A stretch of 61,995 bases of DNA, filler included, from Actinomycetota bacterium (GTDB lineage Bacteria > Actinomycetota > Actinomycetes > JAKEEW01): assembly GCA_046725875.1 (NCBI GenBank). It is 3 parts of 3 records of this genome, joined end to end, with 100 filler letters (N's around TTAATTAATTAA, not from the genome) between each part and the next. Parts side by side here need not be neighbours in the genome. Positions count along the whole stretch, not along the records: positions 17,842 to 43,823 come from JBKOZJ010000103.1; 2 more parts are not named here. One strand, 5' to 3'. This document shows positions 18,029-27,071 of this stretch, one piece after another (position 1 is the stretch's first letter; each line of letters starts with the position of its first letter). The notes beneath the pieces are model-generated. The model did not search any database. It was not told the origin of the DNA and was given only the letters and a program-made list of their open reading frames with translations. The position numbers and the translations under genes were made by a program.

Positions 18029-18060
18029 AGCATGCAGGGTTGACGCAGCGTCAGGGTCAA
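18029..18060 (-). promoter_or_regulatory. MerR-type promoter/operator with elongated spacer
   Basis: Minus strand TTGACC-N20-CATGCT, spacer holds dyad TGACGC-T-GCGTCA (18041-18053); ATG lies 7 nt after the -10 (leaderless). Confidence 0.7.
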
Positions 18061-18492
18061 GTCCGCCAGCGGATTCGTGTGGAATCACAGACCCCGGTCA
18101 CCCGAGCACGGAACCCGAACCGGGCAGGCCCGCATCCACCGGGCAGACCTCCACGACGCGGTCCGGGCGTTCTTCGACCACGGCGGCGTCACGGTGGCCT
18201 GGCTCAACGCCGACGCCGACCTTGTCTGTCTACGCGTCCTCGGCCCGGCCCCGGCCGTCGCCGCGCTCGAGAGCTACCAGCGTCGACAGGATGAGAGGAA
18301 CTGACGCCAACCCCGGTGATCCGGGGGAGCCGTCCAGCGCGCTCCCCCGGAACCGATCCGTCGTTGTCCGACGGCTGAGCGTTAAAGAAGGCATGCTGGC
18401 CGGCAACTACGCCCAAGTTTTGGCGCCGCTGGCCCACGCAAGGCCTCTTGGCGGGCGCGGCGGTCGAACCCAGCCACAGCCTGGTCCCAACT

Positions 18493-18690
18493 TCAGCCAG
18501 ACAGGCCGACGATCACATAGATCCCTGGGATGGCGAATACCGCCGCGCCGGCGGCCCTTCCGATGCAGATCATCCAGAGCGGCTCCCCCGGAGTGATCCA
18601 ATCAGTGAAACGCGGGATGAACCACCACATGAACCATGCGGCAGCGAGAAGCCCCACGCCCACGAGCAGCTGAGCCAACACATCAGGCAT
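18493..18690 (-). CDS. Small two-TM membrane protein
   Basis: 65 aa, two hydrophobic segments. Confidence 0.45.
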   Translation of the reverse strand: MPDVLAQLLVGVGLLAAAWFMWWFIPRFTDWITPGEPLWMICIGRAAGAAVFAIPGIYVIVGLSG

Positions 18691-18801
18691 GAGCGATCAC
18701 CACAGCATCCACTGCCAGTCCAGGAGCGGGATGGACAACCTGCGATCGTGATTGATCGACGAGTATCTAACGAAGAGCGAGGGTCGGGCGAGGAGAACTA
18801 G

Positions 18802-19734
18802 CTACAGGCAGGTGCCCCTGGGGAAGATGGTCGACGCGATCAGCACCTGGGCCGAGTCCAAGTGGGTTGCGCCGTCCTCGATGTCCCATAGCGCGTTTTG
18901 CAAGACCCGACCCAGCGTCCATGCCACCGCTCGCCCGCGGTCTAGCCCGAGTACGTCCACCAGCACCTCGAAGCGGCGACGCACCGCGCGGTGTGGATCG
19001 CCGGTCGCGACGATCTCTTCCCAGCGGTTGTACAGCGCCGGCAGCAGCTCGAAGTCCGGCTGGCCGGCAAGCGGCTTCGGATCGATGGCGAGCCATGGTT
19101 CGCGCCCTCCTGCCAGTACGTTCGCGTAGTGCAGATCCCAATGCAGGAGCCGGTCGCCGGCCTCCGCCGCGACGTCGCTCACGGCGCCTGCCCATCGATG
19201 GAGGAGCCGCGCCTGAGCGGGGTCGGGAAGCCTCCGCGCCGCGTTCGGTGCGTCAGCGATCATCCTCGTAGCGATGTCGGCAAGGCGTCGCATGGTCGGC
19301 GGGGCCTGATAGGAGTTCAGGCGGACCAGCAACTCGCCGATGACCCGTACGGCGGTCAGGTCCGGCACACTGCCCAGATCGCGACCTGCCTCCAGCCGCT
19401 CCACCAAGACTGTCCCTGCGTCCTCGTCCGCCGCGAGCAGCCGCACGGCGCCGTCGCCGTCCCACGTACGCAGGGCGACGGCCTCCCCGGTGTTCTCGTC
19501 GTCGAGCCGTTGCAGCTTGAGAACCGCCGGCGTCGCGTCCGCCCTTCGCACGGGCAATGCCAGCGCCACGACGCCATGCATGGGTGGCCCGTCGAGGCGA
19601 AGCTGCCAGCGATCGAGGTAGTAGGCCACGAGGCTGGGGAGCCGCTCGATCCACTTTCGACCGACCTCCCCGTGAGACGTCACCAGGACCGTCGCGAGCT
19701 CGGCCGGTACAACTATTCGATCCCGAGAGGACAC
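18802..19734 (-). CDS. Aminoglycoside/hydroxyurea phosphotransferase (APH(6)/Hur-like)
   Basis: AVLKL, ALRTWDGDGAVRLL, LLHWDLHYANVL, WLAIDPKP; start GTG 19734 (alt 19776). Confidence 0.9.
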   Translation of the reverse strand: MSSRDRIVVPAELATVLVTSHGEVGRKWIERLPSLVAYYLDRWQLRLDGPPMHGVVALALPVRRADATPAVLKLQRLDDENTGEAVALRTWDGDGAVRLLAADEDAGTVLVERLEAGRDLGSVPDLTAVRVIGELLVRLNSYQAPPTMRRLADIATRMIADAPNAARRLPDPAQARLLHRWAGAVSDVAAEAGDRLLHWDLHYANVLAGGREPWLAIDPKPLAGQPDFELLPALYNRWEEIVATGDPHRAVRRRFEVLVDVLGLDRGRAVAWTLGRVLQNALWDIEDGATHLDSAQVLIASTIFPRGTCL

Positions 19735-20118
19735 GACGCCATCGTCGCCGGAGACGGCTGCGCCGACCAAGACCACTTGGGAACGACGCGTCGTCGGCTC
19801 GTACGGATACGCCCAGACTCGGCGATGAGCTCCTCGACTGGCTGTCGACGTCGGACCGAAGGACAGGGGACATACGGCCTGCGTCCAACCCCGACTGAGA
19901 ACCCCCTTGCCGACCCCCCTTGCCGATGCGCAGCAAGTTAGTGCGTAGCGACTCGCTATCGCTCGCCGCTACGCCGGCCCGGTCACGAGGGCGTGACCGG
20001 GCAAGGGCCGCGGGCCGAGGACGGCCCACGGCGGAGACCCCATCGACTATTCGTGGTTGAATGTGCGCGCGACGTGACGCCCACCAAGACGCGGGGGATG
20101 CTGGGAGGAAGGTCCCCG

Positions 20119-21378
20119 ATGCTGAGATCAGCCACCGGGCGGACGGCCCGGGTCAAGGGTTGGCGCAAAACCACGCTCTTAGTTCTGACCGTCCTGCTGG
20201 CTTTCGTTCCGGGCCTCGCCGGAGGCAGCGCCTCTGCCCAGACGGCCCCGCGGGCAGACATGGCCATCGTCGCGCTCAGCGCCACGCCCGACCCTGTCTT
20301 CACCAATAGCCTCCTGTCGCTGCACGTGTTTTTGGAGAACCGTGGGCCGAGCCCAGCGACCGGGGTCACGGTAACCACCGCGCTTCCCCCCAGCGTGCGC
20401 TTCGAGCCAGGACTGTCCGACTCCGCGTGCACCGAGTCAGGCGGGGTCGTGACCTGCAGCATCTCGTCGTGGCCCGCCAACGCGCAGGGCGCGATCATCA
20501 TCGGCGTAACCCCGTCCACGGCGGGTGCGCTCGAGCTCACCGTCACGGTCACCGCAACCGAGCGGGATCCAGACCTATCGAACAATTCCGCCACGGAGAC
20601 CACCCAGGTCGTCGAGGGGACTGAGACGGACGTATCGATCAACATGCCCAGTTCCGCGGAGGGCTTCGCCGGACAGAACATCTGGCTAGGCAGCATCGAG
20701 GTCAGGAACGTTGGCCCGGCCACGGCCACCGGCCTGACCGTCACCCTCGAGTTCCCGCCGGGCCTAAGCCCCAGTTACCCGGCGATGGTTCAGTGCACCC
20801 AGACCAACACCGGGCTGAGTTGCTCTTACCCGTGGGGATCGCTCCCCCCAGGCACCGCAAGCTTGGGAATCATCGGGGTCACCGCCGCCGGGGCGGGCAC
20901 CTACACGGTTCGAGGCTCGGTCACCGCCGACCAAACTGACCCGGTGGCAGAGAACAACACCGACGCGACCGTCGTCACCGCGAACCCGGCCGCCGACCTG
21001 TCGGCGCAGATCGCAGAGTCGGCCGACCCGGCGAGCCCCGCGACGGTCCTCACCTACACGGTGACGATCACCAACCACGGTCCATCCCCGGCATCCTCGG
21101 TCGCCCTCACCGATACCTGGAGCACGACAGTCCGCGGTGGCGCGCAGCTTCTATCCTTCGCCGCATCCCAGGGTCAGTGCGTCCTGGCCGCCGACCAGCG
21201 GATCGACTGCCAGCTGGGCGGGCTGCCCAGCGGCGCGAACGCGACCCTCACCGTCAGCTTGCGGCCGAAGGGAACCGGGTCGGTCACCGACCAAGCACAG
21301 GCGTCCGCCACAGAGTTCGACACAGACCCCGCCAACAACACCGACAGCGAGACCACGACGGTCGCCCGGGCTGGATAA
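20119..21378 (+). CDS. Secreted DUF11-repeat protein
   Basis: GGGAGGAAGG RBS, signal peptide ending ASA; three repeats of NxGPxxATxVxxTxxLP...C...C...DPxxxNNxA. Confidence 0.85.
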   Translation: MLRSATGRTARVKGWRKTTLLVLTVLLAFVPGLAGGSASAQTAPRADMAIVALSATPDPVFTNSLLSLHVFLENRGPSPATGVTVTTALPPSVRFEPGLSDSACTESGGVVTCSISSWPANAQGAIIIGVTPSTAGALELTVTVTATERDPDLSNNSATETTQVVEGTETDVSINMPSSAEGFAGQNIWLGSIEVRNVGPATATGLTVTLEFPPGLSPSYPAMVQCTQTNTGLSCSYPWGSLPPGTASLGIIGVTAAGAGTYTVRGSVTADQTDPVAENNTDATVVTANPAADLSAQIAESADPASPATVLTYTVTITNHGPSPASSVALTDTWSTTVRGGAQLLSFAASQGQCVLAADQRIDCQLGGLPSGANATLTVSLRPKGTGSVTDQAQASATEFDTDPANNTDSETTTVARAG

Positions 21379-21670
21379 CCGGAGGCGGAGCGGCGACCGC
21401 CGGCATCGTGAACGCGAGTCCACCGCGCCGCGGCTGCGGGCCTGCCACCCAGCCTCGTCCTGGTCGCCCATCCTTGCCCGCTGCGGCCCGCGCTTGACCT
21501 ATGGGTCGGCAGCAGCCTTCTCACCGAGCGAGGGCGTGATCGGGCTACCGCGATGTTCGCGTTGCGACGCCCCTCGATGGGTGCCAGGCTGATGTTGCCG
21601 GCGCCAGGCGCTTTCTAGGGCGGGAGCCCTGAACCGGCGCGGTTGACGGCACGGCCGACGGGCTCCACAC

Positions 21671-24361
21671 ATGCGTAGATCCATGGGATGCGGCGTGGTC
21701 GCCGCGGTGCTATCGCTGATTGCCGTGTACGTCACGATGCCCGCCAGCCCGGCCGCAGCCGAGACGGTGCCCGCGTTAGGCGTCGGCGACGTCCGGGTGA
21801 TGGAGCCGTTCAACGGCTCGCCGGACATCATCGCTCCGGTGCCGGTTGTTCTGAACCGCCCGGCCACCGTGCCTGTGACGTTCGACTGGTCGGTCCGGGG
21901 TGACACGGCAGACGCCGCCGATGTGGTCCTTGGCGCAGGCACGGCGTTGATCCCAGCGGGAGAGCAGGCGACCTCGGTGGCGGTCGCGGTGCGCGGAGAC
22001 ACGGCCTGGGAGAGGATCAACGAGTGGGCCGCGGTTGAGGTGAGTGGCGTCTCCGGAGCCGCTGTGGAGCGGGCCAGTGGCCGGGTCGTCATCCGCGACG
22101 CGTTCTTCGACGAGATGCCGGTCGGGTTCGTCGTCGGTGACGTGACGGTGCCGGAGCCGGAGACAGGCTCGGTACGTGTCGCCGTACCGGTAACCCTGCC
22201 GGCTCCGGGGAACAAGTACACCTCGCTCACCTCGGAGCTGCGCTCCCAGTACACGGCGGTGGTCGGTGAGGACGCAGCGACAGCCAGCGGCACGCTGACC
22301 CTGCCACGGGGGGTCATTTCGGGCCAGATATCCCTCACCATCCACGGAGATACCGACCCCGAGCCGTTGGAGACGCTGCTGCTCAAACCGCTCTCCGCGA
22401 TCAACACGGCAATCGGCGACCCCTGGGGTCAGGTGAGGATTCTCCGCGATGATGCGGAGGGTGTCGCGCTGCCCTGGACCGCGCCGGCGCATGTGCTTGA
22501 GGGCCCCGGCACGGCGGCCTACTTCGAGAGCAGCCTCGGCGACTGGGTTGGTGGTGGTCGGCTGGTGTACGACACGCTAGCGACCAGCGGCATCTCGATC
22601 ACCGAGACCGATAGTCAGCTTCGGGTGCTCGTCAACGGCGACGTGGACACGTCGGTCTACCTCCCCGGCCCCATCGTCGCCGGTTCGTGGCAGGTCCACG
22701 GCACGGGATTCACCGCGTCGCAGGGCGCCGCCTCGTGTAGCAACCCCGATGCGACGTCGACGTTCGTCATCGAGGATCTGATCCGGGCGGAGGACGGCAG
22801 GCTGGACCGATTCGTGCTGCGGTTCGAGCAGTTCTGCCCGAACTCGCTTGATCCCATGCGCGGCTTCGTCCGCTACGTGCGCGGCGATCCCACCCGTCCG
22901 GCGCCGCCGCAGGACCCGGCCGCTTATCCGTGGCGGCCACCCGCCGGTGCCATCCCGACGACGGGTAACTGGCTCTACTTCCAGTCCACCGGCGAGTGGG
23001 TCGGGCAGGGTCAGACCAAGCTGCTGTCGGTGGATGATCCGGTGTGGTCGCCGGGCGGCGTACAGCTCTACCTCCACGACCCGACCTCGTGGTGGAGGCT
23101 CACCGCGGCCATGCCAACGTGGGTTCCGCGATGGCAAACCGGCTGGTTCCCGGCGGCGTACGGAGCGCTCGCGAACCCGGTCAAGGCGCCGCTGAACTTC
23201 GACGGGGAAAGCCGCGGATGCAACGCGGTCAACGGGGATCTCGTCGTCGACACCGCGACCCACGACGCCGACGGCAATTTGACGGCATTGTCCCTGCGCT
23301 TCAAGCAGATTTGTGACGGCGACCCGGATCCGCTGTATGGGGCATTCCGCTGGAGCGGACTCGCCCCGGACGGCGGTGACTCGCTGCCGCCCACCGGTTC
23401 GGTCACGATTAACAGTGGCGCGGCGTACACGGTGACGCCGTCGGTGTCGCTGTCCCTGCCCGCCTCGGACACTGCAACCGGCGTGGCCGACGTGCGGATC
23501 TCGAACCGGCCGGAGACATCCGGTGGGCTGCTCAGCTACGGCCTGTCCAGGGAGTGGACGGCCACGCCGCAGCCCTGGTCGCTGGCCGACGCCGCGTACG
23601 GCGGGTCCACGGCGAACGGGACCCGGTCGGTCTACGCCCAGTTCCGGGACGGTGCCGGCAACTGGTCACCGGTCTACCAGGACACGATCGTGCTGGACAC
23701 GGTCGCACCGACGGTGGCCGTCCCGGTCGCCGTGATCAGGTCCGATGCCACGGTCGGCAGCCTGGTCCCGGCGCGGGTGAGCTGGTCGGCCAGCGACGCC
23801 ACCAGCGGAGTCGCGGGGTATCAGGTGGAGCAGAGCACCGACGGCGGCGCGTGGACGAGGCTGTCCCTTTCCGGCCCGCTGGTCACCTCGGTCGCCCGAT
23901 CGCTGTCGCCCGGACACGGCTACCGCTTCCGGGTTCGCGCCGTCGACCGAGCCGCGCGGTGGAGCGGCTGGCGGTACGGGCCGGTGCTGGGCGCCGGGCT
24001 GCACCAGGAGTCGTCCGCCGCCCTGGCTTGGTCGGGCACCTGGAGCCGCTACGGGGTGACCGGCGCCTCGGGCGGCGCCGTCCGCGGCTCGACCCAGGCC
24101 GGTGCCAAGGCGAGTTTCACCGCGAGCATGCGCTCGGTCGGCTGGGTCGCGGTCCGCGGGCCGACCCGCGGCCAGGCGTCGGTGTACGTCGACGGGGTGC
24201 TGATCCGAACCGTTGACCTGTACGCCAGCACCATCCAGCCCGCCAGGATCGTGTTCACCCGGTCCTGGGCGTCGACCGCGACCCACACGGTGACGGTCCG
24301 GGTGGTCGGCACCTCTGGCCGGCCCCGAGTCGAGGTCGACGCGTACGCCCTGCTGCGCTAA
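21671..24361 (+). CDS. Large secreted multidomain protein (2 Calx-beta-like, duplicated unnamed domain, FN3-like, C-terminal beta-sandwich)
   Basis: Signal peptide (PAAA); VGDVRVMEP and VGDVTVPEP Calx-beta-like starts; YRFRVRAVD FN3-like; GQASVYVDG..TVDLY terminal domain. Confidence 0.8.
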   Translation: MRRSMGCGVVAAVLSLIAVYVTMPASPAAAETVPALGVGDVRVMEPFNGSPDIIAPVPVVLNRPATVPVTFDWSVRGDTADAADVVLGAGTALIPAGEQATSVAVAVRGDTAWERINEWAAVEVSGVSGAAVERASGRVVIRDAFFDEMPVGFVVGDVTVPEPETGSVRVAVPVTLPAPGNKYTSLTSELRSQYTAVVGEDAATASGTLTLPRGVISGQISLTIHGDTDPEPLETLLLKPLSAINTAIGDPWGQVRILRDDAEGVALPWTAPAHVLEGPGTAAYFESSLGDWVGGGRLVYDTLATSGISITETDSQLRVLVNGDVDTSVYLPGPIVAGSWQVHGTGFTASQGAASCSNPDATSTFVIEDLIRAEDGRLDRFVLRFEQFCPNSLDPMRGFVRYVRGDPTRPAPPQDPAAYPWRPPAGAIPTTGNWLYFQSTGEWVGQGQTKLLSVDDPVWSPGGVQLYLHDPTSWWRLTAAMPTWVPRWQTGWFPAAYGALANPVKAPLNFDGESRGCNAVNGDLVVDTATHDADGNLTALSLRFKQICDGDPDPLYGAFRWSGLAPDGGDSLPPTGSVTINSGAAYTVTPSVSLSLPASDTATGVADVRISNRPETSGGLLSYGLSREWTATPQPWSLADAAYGGSTANGTRSVYAQFRDGAGNWSPVYQDTIVLDTVAPTVAVPVAVIRSDATVGSLVPARVSWSASDATSGVAGYQVEQSTDGGAWTRLSLSGPLVTSVARSLSPGHGYRFRVRAVDRAARWSGWRYGPVLGAGLHQESSAALAWSGTWSRYGVTGASGGAVRGSTQAGAKASFTASMRSVGWVAVRGPTRGQASVYVDGVLIRTVDLYASTIQPARIVFTRSWASTATHTVTVRVVGTSGRPRVEVDAYALLR

Positions 24362-24629
24362 GCGGCGGCCCGGCGGTCCGTGACCGGGACCGCCATGACG
24401 ATGCAGCTATCGCCGGAGCCGCCCCGGGTATTGCATACGTCGCTGTGCCGAGCCGCGGCTCGATGAGGGCCTTCTCCTGTCTCCGTCCGCTCGGTGCCTC
24501 GGTCTGGCTGTCCCGTGGCGTATTTCCCCGTGCGCGCGTTCGCGTCCCGTTTCTGGAGCCTCGCCCGCGGCTCCGTGAGCCCAGTTCAGCCTTGGTGATC
24601 TGTGATCATGGCCGCCTCGTGGTGGACGG

Positions 24630-25532
24630 TCAGCCGGCGAACCAGAACGAGATCGCGGCCCCTGGGCGCGCCTGGGCGGCAAGCCACTGGTCGTCGTCCT
24701 CGACGACCGCGAGCACCGGGTAACCCCCGGTCACCGGATGGTCGGCGAGGAATAGGACGGGCTGGCCGTCCGGTGGGACTTGGATCGCCCCGCGAACAAG
24801 GCCCTCGGGCGCGAGCTCGCCGGCCCGTCGGCGCACCAACGTCAGTCCGTTCAGGCGCAGGGCAATCCGGTTGCTGTCGAGCAGGACGGTGTACGGAGCA
24901 GCGCAGAGTGCTCGGATCGCGTCCGGAGCGAACCAGTCCGCTCGAGGCCCGCTGTGCACGGCGAGGCGGAGCTCGGCGGGAACCGGATGGATAATCGGCG
25001 GGGGTACCTCACCGTCGCCGGCCGCGCCGACGGGAAGCACCGAGCCGCCGCCCAACACCGGCGGCCCGATGCCGGTAAGGACGTCCGTCGACCGAGAGCC
25101 GAGTACGGTCGAAACGTTGATCCCTCCGCGCACGGCAACGTATGTCCGAAGGCCGTGGCGGGGTGGTCCGAGCTTCAGTATGGAGCCGGCCGGCATGGTG
25201 ATCGCCTCCGCAAAGGCTGCGATCGCCCCGTCAACAGTCACGAGGCAGGGTGCCCCGGCCACCGCGACGACAACCGACGCGCGGGCCCGCAGCTCGAGGC
25301 CGCCGAAGGTCACCTCGATCGCGGCAGCCGCCGCGGGGTTGCCGGCGAGTGCGTTCGCCACTGCATAGCTGCGGCGGTCGGCCGCACCGGACTCCGGCAC
25401 CCCCAGCCGGGCGTACCCAAGCCGCCCCGCGTCCTGGATGGTGGCGAGCGGACCTGAGCGGAGGACCTCGACGGCCGCCGCCGGCTCCGGGTCAGTGAGG
25501 CTTACGACCTCTCCCGCCTCGATCTCTGTCAC
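24630..25532 (-). CDS. pxpC: 5-oxoprolinase subunit C
   Basis: TIQDAGRLGY, GAAD, GSRSTD, SNRIALRL, GAIQVPPDGQP, DHPVTGGYP; GTG start overlaps pxpB stop (GTGA). Confidence 0.93.
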   Translation of the reverse strand: MTEIEAGEVVSLTDPEPAAAVEVLRSGPLATIQDAGRLGYARLGVPESGAADRRSYAVANALAGNPAAAAAIEVTFGGLELRARASVVVAVAGAPCLVTVDGAIAAFAEAITMPAGSILKLGPPRHGLRTYVAVRGGINVSTVLGSRSTDVLTGIGPPVLGGGSVLPVGAAGDGEVPPPIIHPVPAELRLAVHSGPRADWFAPDAIRALCAAPYTVLLDSNRIALRLNGLTLVRRRAGELAPEGLVRGAIQVPPDGQPVLFLADHPVTGGYPVLAVVEDDDQWLAAQARPGAAISFWFAG

Positions 25533-26146
25533 GACGGCGTCTCCGGTACGAATACGACCCTCGTGCCCGGCGAGAGCAGCGCGGGCGGGTCCCGCTTGAT
25601 GTCCCACAGAACGGCATCAGTGCGCCCGATCAGCTGCCAACCGCCAGGCATGGTGCGCGGGTAGATGCCGGTGTAGTCGGCGGCGAGCGCGACCGATCCG
25701 CCGGGAACCTGTGTCCGCGGAGACGGTCGGCGCGGCACCCTCAGCAAGGGATCGCCACCGACCAGGTATCCGAAGCCTGGTGCGAAGCCGCAGAACGCCA
25801 CGGTGTAGTCGGCGCGAGCATGCCGATCGACAACGTCCTCCGGCTCCAGCCCCGTCAGCATCGCTACCTCGGCGAGGTCGGGCCCGTCGTATACGACCCG
25901 CAGCTCGACCGAGCTCTCCGCCGACCAAGGGGCTGCGCGGGGTCGGCGACGCTTGAGCCGCTCCGCGAGCGCCGGGCCAGTCACCAGGTCTGGGTCGAAC
26001 TTGACGAGCACCGTACGAGCGGCCGGCACGACCTCCGTGACTCCGTCGACCGGATTGCGCTGTAGTGCCGTTACCAGCCCGTACACGCGTTCGACGCTGT
26101 CGAGCTCGACCAGGACGGCCCGGCCCCCGTATGGCAGCAATCGCAT
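25529..26146 (-). CDS. pxpB: 5-oxoprolinase subunit B
   Basis: VVPAARTVLV, YDGPDL, GFAPGFGYL, PRTQVPGGSV, PGGWQLIGRT. Confidence 0.93.
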   Translation of the reverse strand: MRLLPYGGRAVLVELDSVERVYGLVTALQRNPVDGVTEVVPAARTVLVKFDPDLVTGPALAERLKRRRPRAAPWSAESSVELRVVYDGPDLAEVAMLTGLEPEDVVDRHARADYTVAFCGFAPGFGYLVGGDPLLRVPRRPSPRTQVPGGSVALAADYTGIYPRTMPGGWQLIGRTDAVLWDIKRDPPALLSPGTRVVFVPETPS

Positions 26147-26251
26147 CCTGTCCCCCGCCCATATACCGCGATCCGCCTTGCGGATCATCGAGAAGGCGGC
26201 CGACCCCGCGCCATCCGAGGTGGGGAGTCGTCACCCTCCTGCTCCAAATCG

Positions 26252-27064
26252 TTACACAAGGGATGCAAAGGGGCGCAGCACGACGCCACGCGCGACCAGC
26301 TCGTGTCGCACCCCGTTGGCTATGACGACGGCGTTCGGAGTGTCGCCGTGGACACAAATCGACTCCACCACCGTCCGGACGGACGAGCCGTCAATCGCCT
26401 CGATCTCGCCCTCGGTGACCATCCGAACAGCCCGAGCCGCGACGCTGGCCGGGTCGTCGATGAGCGCTCGCGCGGTGCGCCGCGGGGCCAGCCGGCCATC
26501 GGGCATGTACGCACGGTCTGGGAAACCTTCAGCGACCGTGTGCAGCCCGGCGGCAGCGGCCGCATGGAGGAACACCGATCCCGGAAGGCCGAGCACCGGG
26601 AGTCCCTTCTCGAAATCGCGTACGGCGTTAACCACCGCCGCCGCCTGCTCTTCGTCGTGCACGACCCGGTTGTAAAGGGCGCCGTGCGGCTTGACGTACC
26701 CGACCTTGGCGCCGGCCAGTCGGGCGAAGCCGTCGAGCGCCGCGATCTGGTAAACGATCTCGTCGGTGAGCCGGATCGGCTCGACATCCATCGCCACGCG
26801 GCCGAAGCCGGCAAGGTCGCGATAGCTCACCTGAGCTCCGATGGCAACCCTGCGCTCGGCCGCCGCCGCACACACCCAGCGCATGATGCTGGGGTCGCCG
26901 GCGTGAAAGCCGCACGCCACGTTTGCACTCGTCACGATGTCGAGCAACGCGTCGTCGTCGCCGAGACTCCAGACGCCGAACCCTTCGCCGAGGTCCGCGT
27001 TCAGATCCACGCTGCGACCGCGGGATTGCGCCGTCCCAGACGCTGCGGTCTCGGCCGTCCCCAT
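26252..27064 (-). CDS. pxpA: 5-oxoprolinase subunit A (LamB/YcsF)
   Basis: DLNADLGEGFG, ANVACGFHAGDP, YVKPHGALYN, ICVHGD. Confidence 0.95.
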   Translation of the reverse strand: MGTAETAASGTAQSRGRSVDLNADLGEGFGVWSLGDDDALLDIVTSANVACGFHAGDPSIMRWVCAAAAERRVAIGAQVSYRDLAGFGRVAMDVEPIRLTDEIVYQIAALDGFARLAGAKVGYVKPHGALYNRVVHDEEQAAAVVNAVRDFEKGLPVLGLPGSVFLHAAAAAGLHTVAEGFPDRAYMPDGRLAPRRTARALIDDPASVAARAVRMVTEGEIEAIDGSSVRTVVESICVHGDTPNAVVIANGVRHELVARGVVLRPFASLV

Positions 27065-27071
27065 GCCGCCC

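Noticed and set aside
18077..18480. Short + strand ORFs after the ABC promoter
   Set aside because: No recognisable motif or RBS; may be gene remnants but cannot be supported.
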